Shown: in pieces, positions 28,388 to 41,228 of the stretch | How the letters are laid out: every line of letters begins with the position of its first letter | How positions within the stretch are numbered: the first letter of the stretch is position 1 | NCBI GenBank assembly: GCA_951406725.2 | Contig: OX597822.1 | Span: 2,046,001 to 2,110,000, forward strand | Direction: 5' to 3' | Length of the DNA: 64,000 nt | Origin: Octopus vulgaris | Lineage: Eukaryota | Notes under the pieces: model-generated | What the model saw: only the letters and a program-made list of their open reading frames with translations | What the model was told of the DNA's origin: nothing | The model's database searches: none | Position numbers and translations under genes: made by a program

Positions 28388-28605
28388 GTGTCTTTTTTCT
28401 ATCCCTTTTACTTGTTTCAGTCATTAGACCGCGGCCCTACTCGGGCACCGCTTTGGAGAAGTTTTAATAGAATGAACCGACGCCTGCACTTAAATTATCG
28501 TTCACTTTTGCCGAATCGATAGATAATAGGGACGTAAACATACAGATGCCGGTGGTTGTCAACAGGTGGTGGAGGACAAACACACACACACGCGTACACA
28601 CGTAG

Positions 28606-28681
<76 letters not shown>

Positions 28682-28730
28682 CATACATACATACATACAT
28701 ACATACATACATACATACATACACACTTAC

Positions 28731-28792
<62 letters not shown>

Positions 28793-29258
28793 CAAGAACG
28801 TTGTAGTTTGCTTAAAGTATTGTAATACAGAAGGAGAGAAACAAATGGAATCGGAAATATGGAACGCTTCTCGCAATCCAAACATTTTCTATTTATATAT
28901 AAAAAGAAACTTGGTATTTCTGGTGCCAATTCTTATTATGTTCGGGATATAATACAGTCAAGAAGTTGTGTACCAACATAGATCCTGCCATTTTGGATAG
29001 TTCTGTGCTTGTGGTAATAGCAGCAGCAGCAGCTCTCTAAATGCTGGTGTAGTTGGTGTCGCAAAGGTCACATTAGGGACGATGAAATCTAGCTGTAAGT
29101 TGGCAGCAATGACAGTGAAGGGGGTTGTCTCTGGTGGTGAATTCCTTGGTGGTGGTGGTGGTGGTGGTGTTGGTTGTAGTATTAGTAGTAGTAGTAGTAG
29201 TGGTGGTGGTGGTAGATTCCACCCGCTACGTTTATTTGGCTTGGTTTCGCATCACGTG

Positions 29259-29490
29259 TTAGTGACTGGTGTATCCGTTGATCCAAAGTATATTTATAAA
29301 CCGTGTAACTTGTCTCTCCCGTTTGGCGCTTTCACTGCATATCTTGTGTATGAGGGAGATCTTGTTATCTATGTAACCAGTTTTGGCCCTGACGGGAGGG
29401 CCGAATTGTAGGAGGAGGAGATCACGGAAGGCTGGCTTTCGATAAAACACCATGTCAAATTTTCCCTCGTCCGTGATGCTTGACCACTAC
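29259..29490 (-). pseudogene. Penelope-like element reverse transcriptase thumb/linker relic
   Basis: SITDEGKFDMVFYRKPAFRDL..PVRAKTGYIDNKISLIHKICS..FINILWINGYT resembles the PLE YRKPT..HP..K..CS..L..NGYP signature. Confidence 0.65.
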
Positions 29491-29513
29491 ATGTGCTTAA
29501 GTTTATATATATA

Positions 29514-29638
29514 TCACCGTGATCACCGTGACTGACCAGGCTATCAGATGTTGCTAGACATCGCTGGTCACAATGCGCCTCGCATTGTTTTAGCCTTCAA
29601 ATGACGCCCTCCCCCCCACTGGCTAAAGGAACAGGCCA
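29514..29638 (-). mobile_element. Retroposon 3' tail fragment ending in (GGTGATCAC) repeats
   Basis: Short terminal repeats adjacent to (TA)n; family not assigned. Confidence 0.4.
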
Positions 29639-30074
29639 ATATACATGTATACATATATATATATATATATAACTCGTGTCATAGTATGTGTGTGTATGTG
29701 TGTGTGTGTGTGCGTGCACGTGTGTGTGTGTATGTGGGATTTCCGGAAGGAAATGCTTGAATTGTGCAGGCCTGGTCAGCCATTACAGAACTTACAGGAA
29801 TCAACCCATTGTAAATTGTGATAAAGATATTGTTCACAACGTAACCTGTGCCTCCTTGGGAAGGGTGTGCCTTTCTGTTGGAGTATTGAAAACGTATGTC
29901 AAAAGAATGCATACTGTGTCACTGGCTCCCTCTATCAGCCAGTACATCTGTGCATTATGCAACAAAATTCGTCGGTCACATGTGTCTTACATGCGCCTCA
30001 CATTGCATCATCAATGACTTTTTCCAATGACTCTTATAGAAATGGCTTTGCTCGTCTGCGACAAAGCAGTTGCT

Positions 30075-30093
30075 ATGAATGAATGTATATATG

Positions 30094-30127
<34 letters not shown>

Positions 30128-30419
30128 TGTATGTATGTATGTATGTATGTATGTATGTATGTATGTATGTATGTATGTATTTATGTATGTATGCATGCGT
30201 ATATATGTATGTATTTATGTATGTACGTAGGTATGTATATATGTATATATTTATATATGTATGTATGTATGTATGTATATATTTATGTATGTATGTATGT
30301 ATGTATGTATGTATGTATGTATGTATATACGTATGTATGTATGCATATATGCATGTATGTATTTATGTATGTATATACGTTTGTATGTATATATGTATGT
30401 ATGTATGTATGTGTGTATG

Positions 30420-30450
<31 letters not shown>

Positions 30451-30507
30451 GTAAGTATGTATGTATGTATGTATGTATGTATGTATGTATGTATGTATGT
30501 ATGTATG

Positions 30508-30538
<31 letters not shown>

Positions 30539-30572
30539 TGTATGTATATATTTATGTATGTATGTATCTATC
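30075..30572. repeat. (TATG)n microsatellite, ~500 bp
   Basis: Direct reading. Confidence 0.95.
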
Positions 30573-30735
30573 TAGGGTGAGCCATATATGACGCTCGGTT
30601 CTTGTTTTACAAGTGCGTATATCGAATTGTATCAACAGCATGATGCGTGATCCACATTTAGTAACTTTCAAAATTGTCAGAAACAACCTGCAAAACAACA
30701 TCGCAGAAGCTGGGCGCTAGTTTTGACTCACCCTA
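30573..30735. mobile_element. Tc1/mariner-type MITE
   Basis: Imperfect TIR tagggtgagcca / tgactcacccta in a TA context. Confidence 0.55.
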
Positions 30736-30744
30736 TATATATAC

Positions 30745-30793
<49 letters not shown>

Positions 30794-30871
30794 TATATGT
30801 ATGTATATATATATATATATTTGTATAAACACACATACACGCACACACGCATATTATCACACACACATATA

Positions 30872-31176
30872 TCTATTATATAAAATCTGTTCTGTCTGTC
30901 TGTGTGTCTTCTAGGATTTCGGGCATCCTCCATCAGATTCCAGGTGAGAATGCGATCGATTAAGCCGTGGAAACGTGTATTTATAAAATAGTTTTTCTTG
31001 GAAAAGAAAAAAAAGTCTGTATTTATTTCTTCTTTTGCTGGTGTCTGAAATTTAGGTTAAATCAGTGTTTTTCAAGGGGGCGGCCTGTGGGGCGGTCGGA
31101 CAAGTTGTTTTGAGAAAATATGGTTTAAATGTTTGACAACTCAACACCGTCCATTGGATGGGTCGCGTTTTGCTCG
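30872..31176 (+). mobile_element. Non-autonomous Helitron-like element (3' part recurs at 58680-58874)
   Basis: A|TCTATTATATAAAA start; hairpin ccgtccattggatgg; ends CTCG|T (CTAG variant). Confidence 0.65.
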
Positions 31177-31799
31177 TATTTACATATATGCATATATACA
31201 CCTTCGAGAGGGCGGGTTTATCATGTATGTATATATATATATATATAGAGAGAGAGAGCGGGGGGCTTCTTTCAGTTTCCGTCTACTCAGTTCACTCACA
31301 ACGTTTTGGTCGACTCTGAGGTATAGCAGTCGGCTCTGAGAGTAAGCTCAATACCACATTGTTCGGAACCAATCTTCTTAGCACACAGCCATACTTGCAT
31401 CTATTGTGTTCATACATTTCCCAAAAACATTACAGAAATTCTGTATTCGATTGAGTAAATATCGATACTCTAACTCCAAGCTCTACACGTCTAGACACTA
31501 GACATTTTATTTTTTCCACAGTGAGCTGAATGTAAGTAGATGTTTATTTCTTGAAGAATGAACTAATTAGTTTCATCCAATTCATTATTCCTTTGAGAAT
31601 TTTAGTAGAAAATGGTCAAGTGTACTTTATAAGCAGCTTCGAAAATTTACTGATTATGTAACGGACTGGTCGCAGAATATAAGTACAAAAGCATATACGT
31701 AAATACATACATACACGCACACATATATATACATAAACATACGCAAACACATATATATATACATACACACACACAAGCACACACACACACATATATATA

Positions 31800-31946
31800 T
31801 ACCGGAGTAAGCACATAGATGCGAAACAAGATACAAAAAAAAAGTATTTGAATATCAGAGGTAGCGTAATATGCTTTATTAAAAGGCAGCAGAAATATTA
31901 CAAAAACTGTTAATCAGAGTTTCACATTCCCGTTCGTCGGACAGTT
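31800..31946 (-). mobile_element. Short element in (TA)n with hammerhead-like motif (family P3)
   Basis: Minus strand AACTGT-CCGACGA-acgggaatgt-GAAActctgatTA-ACAGTT. Confidence 0.55.
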
Positions 31947-31956
31947 ATATATAGAT

Positions 31957-32018
<62 letters not shown>

Positions 32019-32053
32019 AGATAGATAGATAGATAGATAGATATACATATATA

Positions 32054-32122
<69 letters not shown>

Positions 32123-32125
<3 letters not shown>

Positions 32126-32300
32126 AGGGTTTACGAAAAAAACAAAAGACGAAGACATGTGGTGGACAAAACAAACAGATGTATTAGTATAACGCTCAGG
32201 AATAGACAAAGTCATTTACGTTTCAAGCCTACGCTCTTCTTCAGAAAGGGACACAGAAAAAAACAAGGAGAGAAACAAGGAGAGATACGCGTGCGCGTAT
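32123..32300 (-). mobile_element. (TA)n-associated short element, family P2
   Basis: Minus strand ctttCTGAAGAagagcgtaggcttGAAAcgTAaa. Confidence 0.75.
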
Positions 32301-32314
32301 ATAAAGTGTGAGAA

Positions 32315-32375
<61 letters not shown>

Positions 32376-33022
32376 GAGAGAATGATTAGAGTGACGTAAT
32401 TCAAACATTATCATACTACATGAAACTATTTTTTAAATTATTTTTTGTTCTAGTTTTGTAGTTGTGTTTGCTTTGGGGTGTTCATTCTTGCGTATTTTGT
32501 TGTACTTTTTTCTATGTTTTTGCCCTGAATGTTTGGTGAATAATTATTTCCTCGGAATCATTTTGATTATCGCAATCAAATATGAAAGTCATAATAACAA
32601 CAAAAGTAATTATAATGTAAATATATATTTATAATTACAAACCGGTTAATTAACGATATTAATTATCGAGTCATTTTTTTAACGAAAATTTTATTAGTTT
32701 ACCATACCTAATACAACAATATCACTTACAGCAATAAGAAACGAAATATTTATGTAAGGTCAAGGAGACCCAAAGTCACTCACCACCACAATAATTATAA
32801 GAAAGGACAAAAACCTTGACGATTAATTAATGTGATATGTACTTTAAACGAGTTATAATTTAGTTATAAATTTAGTATACCATACAAAGTTTTATTAGCT
32901 TAAGTCCTAACCAGTCTGTTCTGCATAGCGACAGGCTCAAACAACCTATTTTTTCCATAGGGTGAAACAATAAAGATAGTGTTTTGAGTGGTATTAAGTT
33001 CGTATATGGCATTATAATTGAC

Positions 33023-33615
33023 ATAGCTATGGCCGAGTGTTTAGGAGCTTCGATTCGGGATCAGGAGATCCTGGTTTCATCTTGAGTGTGAAATCCTGAG
33101 TAAGTGTTTTTGACCATACTCTCAGATCCACAAAAGCCTTGTAAACAGAAGTTTACTTTTTCACGCGACCTCCCGTTGATCCAGCTTGACCTTTACATAA
33201 AGTCCACGTGCGTTTGGGGTACACCCAGCCGTTTATGCATTAATGTAATCTCTCTATATATAAACGGTAAAATGTCTGTGTGTGCGTGTCTTTTATACAA
33301 ATCCACAATTTTTCAGTTAAAGGGTCGCACTTTCTATGGTCATTCAAAACGATCCAAGGGTGGTCGTGCACATATTTACATGTCGCCAGTCACCCCGCAA
33401 AGCCAGTAAAAAATCAATAGAAGTGACTTTTTGCGAATTTACTATCCAAACCCCAATCAAAATTCCCGAAACTTGATACGCCAATTGAATGCCAGCTAGC
33501 TGTATGTGATTAGTCGGAGATTTCGGAAAGTACTCGCGTGCCGGGTCATAGTGCTAGTAAGTAGATATTACAGTTGAACGAACAGCTGAATGCTCATCGT
33601 TGAAACTGATGAAGG
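33023..33615 (+). mobile_element. Old tRNA-head SINE interrupted by a Helitron
   Basis: Head tggccgagtg; tail gcattaat..gttgaacgaacagctgaatgctcatcg resembles SINE D and continues across the insertion. Confidence 0.5.
33249..33557 (+). mobile_element. Non-autonomous Helitron
   Basis: A|TC...CTAG|T junctions, no TSD; highly similar to 53047-53409. Confidence 0.88.
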
Positions 33616-35343
33616 ATCCTGTATTATTAATACATTTTTGTATCCTTTGTATAACCTTCCGTTTTTTCGTTTTAAGTTCTACTCTAAAATTTGTAATTCC
33701 CATTTTCTCCGATACTGATTGATAAAATTCAGCATTATGAATACTACTACAACACCTTAGAATCCATTGACTAACTTCAATAATGAAGGGTCTTTATTAA
33801 TAGAGGATTAGGCATATTTCATAGTAATTTCTAGTCAGCAGTTGAACTTAGGCACATAGCGTTAAATATGCCCCGAAATACAATTTCATGCTTGGAAAAG
33901 GTTTGAAATCATAATCTCAATGATTAGTAAAATCGATTCCACTGCAATATTAGTTTCAAATATTGGTACAATGCCAGCAAGTTCGAGAGAGGGGTTAAAT
34001 CGATTGGAATCACAATTTATTCGACGGGGCCTTAACAAAAATTCCGTCTAATTAAAATAAGTATCAATGTTCAACTGGTACTTGTTTTATCAACCCTCCC
34101 CCCCACCCGAAAGGAAAAAAGCAAAGCCAACCTCGGTGGAATTTGAACTCAGAAAGTAAAGATGGACGAAATGCCGCTAACCATTTTGTCCGGCATGCAA
34201 ACGATTCTGCCCAAGAATAACGAGTATGATGAATGCCGATAGCGTTAAAGTGTATGAGGTTGCAACCCGAAAAACCTGTCTTCTGTTCCGGGTTCGATTT
34301 TTGGTTGAGGCAATATCATTCATTCGTCTAATGCCAATAGAAAGAAATGGCCATTATACATACTCATTCCATTTTCCTTAAATTCAGTTAATATATCTTA
34401 TAGAGAATGAAACATTTGAAGCCTTGATTTACGTATTTATTCGTAATACGTCCTGATTCGAACGTAAAAGTTGCTGTTCAGTACATCCCCCAACTCCCTT
34501 TTACGACGACAACGAGTTCATAAAACACTCGGTTAATTGGCGCAGCCTCTTCGTTGAAGTGATAAAAGTTGCCTTCAGCCAATGTGAGAAGATAAGTTTC
34601 GCTTTTACATTTTTTTTTTACATCCGTTGACTAATTTTATTTGCAGCATGACATAGCTAGTTTTGGTTAATTCTTCTATAATTTCTTTTCTTTGCTTTTT
34701 TTTCAAAATATAAGATATAGGCTACCAGACCAATATCTCCTCTTCCTCGCGGCAAAATAATTTATTCGACTACGTGAATGTTTTTGTACTTAGTATTGGA
34801 CGAAAGTGATCATCATTAGTTCCCTTTCGTTCTACTGTTTCACTTAAACCAATAACAGTACGCGACTGGCAATTATTTTCAAGATCCTTCAAAGAGTAAA
34901 CGGCAAAATAGACTAGAACAGGATATGAATTTACAATAATGTATCCACCGCTTCTGTCAAATTTCAGTTATAGTACATTAAAGAATATCGATTTTTCTAG
35001 ATAATTTCCCGGCTAAACTTTATTGACTAAGGTAAGAATTTGAATGATTGCGTTTAAAGAGAACCTTCTATATCGATTTTGATATTTTATGTCATCGATC
35101 TTCATCTGGATTTGAATCTGGGAAGTTCAGGAATTTATCTTTTATCTTGTACTTGTTTCAGTCGTTGCACTGCGACCATGCTGGAGCACCGCTTTGAAGG
35201 GGATTTTTAAATCTAGCGCTTATTCTGGCGGTTTCTTTTACAGAACCGCCAAGTCATAGGGGTGGAAACAAACCAACACCCGTTGTCAAGCGGTCATGGC
35301 AGACACCCAAAGACACATGTATACACACTCACTCACACATGTA

Positions 35344-35721
35344 CACTTGCGTCAGAAATTAATTAGCACTTCTCAAATTTCTACATTAAATAGGTTAAAT
35401 CAATTAACCTTATGAGCTGTTCAAAACGTCTTACGCGATGAGAAAACTTAGTATGGTGTGATTTCGGTCCTTGCGAGGCGCTACCTATATCTATTAAACA
35501 AAGGAAGATTTGTCTGCATCCGCACTCCAAGTTGTTGCACTGCTATGTCAACATCATAAGGCTGTAGACTCTCAAACTGCTCTGCAAACAAAGTTACGTC
35601 ATCGTTCTGCGCAACAGTGAACTCGCAACAAAGCAATAGTTCGAGATATGGCCACTAGGTGACAGCACATACCTTGAGTGAAGAGCAAATCAAGGGTGCT
35701 AATTAATTTCTGACGGTAGTG
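35344..35721. mobile_element. Tc1/mariner-type MITE inserted in a SINE B
   Basis: 26-bp TIR cact(tg/ac)cgtcagaaattaattagcac with TA TSD. Confidence 0.88.
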
Positions 35722-35859
35722 TACACATACACAGCCACTATCATTTAATTTATGCGCCCGTTTGAAATAGTGATAGACTACCTCTATAAATGAGTAGTTA
35801 TGCTACACTGCGAGACATTAAACATATATATGAATATATTTGATATTACTTATATAATT

Positions 35860-36358
35860 TTAATTTAATTTTTTTTGGCTCAAAAAGCAAACGTTAGGCC
35901 ATGTAGGGGGACGTGGAGTTATGTACAGGGAGGGTGTTCATACACAGAGTTCAGGCCATTTCTGGTCAAGAGAGACTTTGAACCGAGCAGTCGTCGGCAT
36001 CTTCACTATCTCGTCCTGGATCCGCTACTCGGACGGAGAAAGCCCCTCTCCTTCGATTGAAATGAAATCGTCGTAGATAGAGCTTTTCGGAGTGACCCCG
36101 CAGCCCACGCTCTGGAGCAGGAGTGAAGAACAGCTTTTTCGAGAGGTTACACTTTCCGCTTATGATGTTGTGAGCAAGAATGAGATCACCACGGCGTCGT
36201 CGTTTCTCGAGAGAATAAAGGTCGAGCGTCTTCAGCCTTTCTTCATAAGACAAAAGCTTGAGACCAGAAACCATGCGGGTACCCAGCTTCTGGACTATTT
36301 CGAGATGCTGTATGTCTTTGAGGAGATAAGGAGAAGAGGCTTGAATCCCGTACTCCAA
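35860..36358 (-). mobile_element. 5'-truncated CR1-type LINE, ORF2 C-terminus and 3' UTR
   Basis: LEYGIQASSPYLLKDIQHLEIVQKLGTRMVSGLKLLSYEERLKTLDLYSLEKRRRRGDLI..RGHSEKL..FSVRV is the CR1-group ORF2 tail. Confidence 0.9.
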
Positions 36359-36679
36359 TAAGTATAGCAGTGAACTGAGATGAAGCTATTTCACTATTTA
36401 ATTAGTACTGACATTAGTATTTACTTAGTTCAAATTTCAAATTCCTTCTGGCATTTGTAATAAGGCTTACTTTAATGGTACTAGAAATTATATCTTATAT
36501 AAATTCTACCATCACCGCCTTTCACTAACACCTATTAATAGCAATATATACAGCACACTATTTGAAATGCCTCAAACCATTCAATGTGCTTTAATGCAAT
36601 TATATGTGGAACTCAGAAAAGCGGTGAGCAGATAGAATGAAATACCAGTGACGATCTATATAACGCACATGCGCACATA

Positions 36680-36733
<54 letters not shown>

Positions 36734-37321
36734 CACACACAAGAACGGACGCACGCGCGCACACGCACAGACACATCAAACTAGCCGTCACGTCTGAAAG
36801 ACTATGACCTTTTAAGTGGCACGCGCTATCGTTCTGATAAATTTTGTGGCGGTATCTATGAAGTCACGAGCAAATATACGCTTCTGACTGATCCTCGACT
36901 CCCGCTTGAACCGGTGAAACATACAAAGAATGATAGACAGAAGGGGAGAGATGGCTGTACGAGCAGTAAAACCTTTTCTCATTTCCTGTTGATGAGTATA
37001 AAGTGCTTAGCTCGAGAACGCAAAGCGTAATCCTGTTCAAGAGTTATTTTTATTTTATTTATTTTATTTTATCTAGTTTCAGCTCACGAGCTGTGGCCAT
37101 GCTGGGGCACCGCCATTAGACCTACTATCTTTCTGATCCTCAGCTCAACGCCCTTACTACTAATCCACGCATTTGTATCCAAACACATATTAACACACAG
37201 ACACACACACACGCACATATATGTATATGCATTAATGTGTATGTCTGTACATTTATTATATCAATCTCTAAATCTCTCTGTCTCTCTCTCTGTTTTCTAT
37301 ATCACTAGATGTGCTCTTTAT

Positions 37322-37402
37322 TTTCTACCAGTATACGAAGTTTAAAAGTGTTTAGTTAACTAGAAATTGTGTTGAAAACTGCCGTTCAAAAGAGAAAGAT
37401 CC
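37322..37402 (+). mobile_element. Terminal fragment of the GGATC MITE
   Basis: ttctaccagtatacgaagtt..aactgccgttcaaaagagaaagatcc. Confidence 0.8.
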
Positions 37403-37746
37403 TTTACTTTGAATTGTTATTATCTCATACCTGACTAGTCTGTTATTCCGTAACATGCTTCACGATTTAAATTTACATACCTTATTAGTATTTCCTCCTA
37501 AGTTCTATATTCTCTAGGAATGATATATTTTCGCAATTTATCCAGTACAACCCTTAAACAAGTAAATAGTATTTTCCTAAACAATAGATCCACTTATTTT
37601 GATTACTGAGTTATTCACGAAAATAACAACACTCGCGCCCCTGAGGTTACTATTCACTGGGAATGCACAAAAGCTCTTTTCAAGAGTTATTTACTTTGAA
37701 TTGTTATTATCTGATATTTAATTAGCCTGTTATTATGTAACATGCT

Positions 37747-38457
37747 CCACAGATTAAAAAAATTATTTTTTGTAACTAAACACTTTCAAACTTCGGACAC
37801 TGGTAGAATGTGTGATATAAAACATCTTTTACTCTTAGCATTTTTGAGAAAAACTTATATTCATGAAGTTATTTTACGTTAAAGTTCTCGTATTTCGGTA
37901 CTTTCAACCAATCAATGACGTGTATTCAGTTGAATAAAATTACTGCCGTTGTTTGTCAACAACTATCGGCGGTGTATTTTTCGTTTGTCACTGTTATTTA
38001 TGACATCGTTCGTGCATTTGTACTGGTTTAAAGGTTTTAAGGTTAGGGTGTTAGGGTTAGGGTTTTAGGGTTAGGGTTAGGGTTAAGGTTTTAAGGTAAG
38101 GGTTTTAGAGTTAGGATTAGGGTTTTAGGGTTAGGGTGTTAGGGTTACGGTTTAGGGTTACGGTTAGGGTTAAAGTTTTAGAGTTAGGATTAGGGTTGTC
38201 ATAAATAACAGTGACAAACGAATTATACACCGCCGGAAGTTCTTGTTGACAAGCAACAGCAGTAATTTTATTGATTGGTTGTAAGTACCGAAATACGAGA
38301 ACTTAAACGTGAAATAACTTCGTAAATATAAGTTTTTCTCAAAAATGCTAAGAGTAAAAGATTTTTTATATGACACATTCTACCAGTGTCCGAAGTTTGA
38401 AAGTGTTTAGTTACAAAAAATTATTTCTTAAATCTGTAGATCAAAAGGTAAAGATCC
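37747..38457. mobile_element. Foldback DNA transposon with ~260-bp inverted arms around a degenerate (TTAGGG)n array
   Basis: Arms ~37747-38005 and 38197-38457; TTAGGG variants 38025-38196; ends aaagatcc; shares aaacttcg..actggtagaatgtgt..caaccaatca blocks with the MITE. Confidence 0.88.
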
Positions 38458-38491
38458 GACTTTTTTTTTCCTGTGACTTTATTACCGGCCA
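38458..38491 (-). mobile_element. MULE-like terminus (same sequence on + at 41229-41260)
   Basis: tggccggtaataaagtcacag(g)aaaaaaagtc at both sites. Confidence 0.55.
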
Positions 38492-38503
38492 CGATTGAGG
38501 ATA

Positions 38504-39070
38504 CAGTAATCCGTTGCCATATCCCGGTTCACCTATAACAGTTTATTATTTAAGCTAACGTCGATTCCTCCGTGGTGTTGTTTTGCATGGAGTGGCTGTG
38601 TGGTAAGTAGCTTGCTAACCAACCACATGGTTCCGGGTTCAGTCCCACACGTGGCATCTTGGGCAAGTGTCTTCTACTATAGCCTCGGGCCAACCAAAGC
38701 CTTGTGAGTGGATTTGGTAGACGGAAACTGAAAGAAGCCTGTCGTATATATGTATATATATATATGTGTGTGTATGTGTTTGTGTGTCTGTGTATGTCCT
38801 CCTAGCATTGCTTGACAACCGATGCTGGTGTGTTTACGTCCCCGTCACTTAGCGGTTCGGCAAAAGTGACCGATAGAATAAGTACTAGGCTTACAAAGAA
38901 TAAGTCCCGGGGTCGATTTGCTCGACTAAAACGCGGTGTTCCAGCATGGCCGCAGTCAAATGACTGAAACAAGTAAAAGAGTAAAAGAGTAAATTTCAAT
39001 AATAATAATGATAAAAACTGTTTCTACTTCGCGGATTATCATCTGCCGCGCGGTATTCGGGGGATTACTG
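38504..39070. mobile_element. pogo/Tigger-type MITE containing a SINE B (38588-38990)
   Basis: TA|cagtaatcc...ggattactg|TA. Confidence 0.75.
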
Positions 39071-39599
39071 TATATCCTACTATTTATATATGAAAAAAAA
39101 GGTACTGGAGTCGATTTATTCGTCTAACTTTGCCGCAGTCCGATGACAAAAGCTAGTTTCAGCGCACAAAAAGAAAACATTACAAGGGAAGTGGGCTGGT
39201 AAGGAAACAAAGATCTCACGAACGTTTGACTGGGTCCCTTTCATTAAACGCCATTCCTTTGTTCTCGTTACAAGTGGTTAAAAAATAAGAACGAAACTGA
39301 AATGAAATATAAAATAAAACAAAACAAGCGGCGCGGTGGAGGGGTTCATATGGAGAAACAAAGAGAATTGAAGTGTTATGTGGTCGAGCAGTGGTTGAAT
39401 GATGTTGATGAGGGGGGAAGAGGGAGGGAGGGGGAAGTGTGTGCATGCTTTGTTGTCATTAGATTCAACGGCGAATTCATATTTTTGGCGCAATTGCAAA
39501 GCGTACCTTTTATTTATTTATTTATTTTACTTACCGTTGACATACACACGTATCTAGATACATCAGAAACTAGTACATATACAAAGACACACACGCACA

Positions 39600-39646
<47 letters not shown>

Positions 39647-39780
39647 ATACATATATATATACACATACATACATACACATATACGTACATTCATATATAC
39701 ATTCATACATACATTTCTATATACATATGTGTGCATTATGTATGAATGTATGTATGTGTGTGTACGTATGTATGTGTGTG

Positions 39781-39827
<47 letters not shown>

Positions 39828-40344
39828 TTATGTATGTGTATTCATTGTTAAAATGGCAATATATATTTTTTAACTTATCCCCTACTGGAATATAAATGTA
39901 TGACTCTGTGTGTGTGTGTATGTGTGTGTGTGCGCGCATGTGTGCGTGTATGTGTGCGTGTGTGTGTGTGCGTGTGTGTGCGTGTGTGTGTGTGTGTGCC
40001 TTTCGTACAAGCATGAATATACACTCACTCCATATTCGTGAAATTAAGCGTATAAGTGGTTCAGTGTTAGCGAGACACGTGTACAGTTTAAGGTAATTGT
40101 CGGTCGGAATCAATATGACTTAGCAAGACAAAGGTAGACAAAGGTCGAATGAGAATGAGAACCTTCCCCTATCCCCAACCGACAGGGTTGGCATGCTTGC
40201 AGTTTCCGTTTCTCCAGATTTGCTCAAAAGGCGTGTGTGTGTGAAATCGAGTGAAGCTCTACTAATCCACCATATCACTCACCTCGTGGAACGAACCCAG
40301 AACTTCATGATATCGAAAGTTTACTTTAGGTATACAGTAAGTTG

Positions 40345-40469
40345 CTGTGTGCTGGAGAAGTTATCTGCCCAACTACATGGATCCGGGTTCAGTCCTACTG
40401 TGTGGCAACTTGGGCAAGTGCCTTCCTGCGAGTGGATTTGGTTCACGGAAACTGAAGGCAGTCTGTCGA

Positions 40470-40526
<57 letters not shown>

Positions 40527-40765
40527 CGTGCGCGCCTTAATGTCTTTGATTGTCTCCCGCCGCCGCTTGACAGCCGGCAATGTTTTGTTAACGTCACCGT
40601 TACTTAGCAGTTCGGCAAAAGTGACCGATAGGTTAAGTACCGGATTAATATTAAGTATTGGGATCGATTCGTTCAGCTAAAAGTTCTTCAAGGAACCGCC
40701 CCAGCATGACCGCAGTCTAATAATTGAAATAAGTAAAAGATAAAGAATAAGGATAAAAGATAAAC
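40345..40765 (+). mobile_element. SINE family B
   Basis: Homology to 23291. Confidence 0.85.
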
Positions 40766-40842
40766 GAAGTATTTGGTGGGCACTTTTCCTCTCCTCTCCT
40801 GCTCCAGTTAAAATGACTCCCTTAATCCTAGCTAATGTGAGG

Positions 40843-41220
40843 AGATCCCTTCAGTTTGGCTTACAGTTTTTTTTTTTAAACTAAACAGTTTGAAGCTTCG
40901 TATACTGGTGTAATTTCTCACGTTGGACACGGTATACTTACAAACTTTTTTGACAAAATTTCGTATTTTAGAAGCTATCTCGTGTTAAAGTTATCATATT
41001 TGGGTAATTTTAACCAATCAACATGTATTCAGCGGAAGAAACTCACTGCTGTTTGCGAGAGTAATTGGGGAGCAACAGCTTCCGGGTCATCCCTACTAAA
41101 TGTATTTTTCAACCATGTGAGGATTATAGCAGTGAATACACGTCGCTGATTGGTTAAAATTACCTAAATACAACATTATCAAGAAATGACTCCTAAAATA
41201 CGAAATTTTGTCAGAAATGC
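40843..41220. mobile_element. Degenerate foldback relative of the GGATC family
   Basis: agatcccttcagtttgg..cttcgtatactgg start; inverted gacaaaatttcgtattttag..aaccaatca / tgattggtt..ctaaaatacgaaattttgtc. Confidence 0.65.
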
Positions 41221-41228
41221 TGATATGA

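Noticed and set aside
38025-38196. True telomere or chromosome-fusion scar
   Set aside because: The array is short, single-orientation and enclosed by transposon inverted arms.
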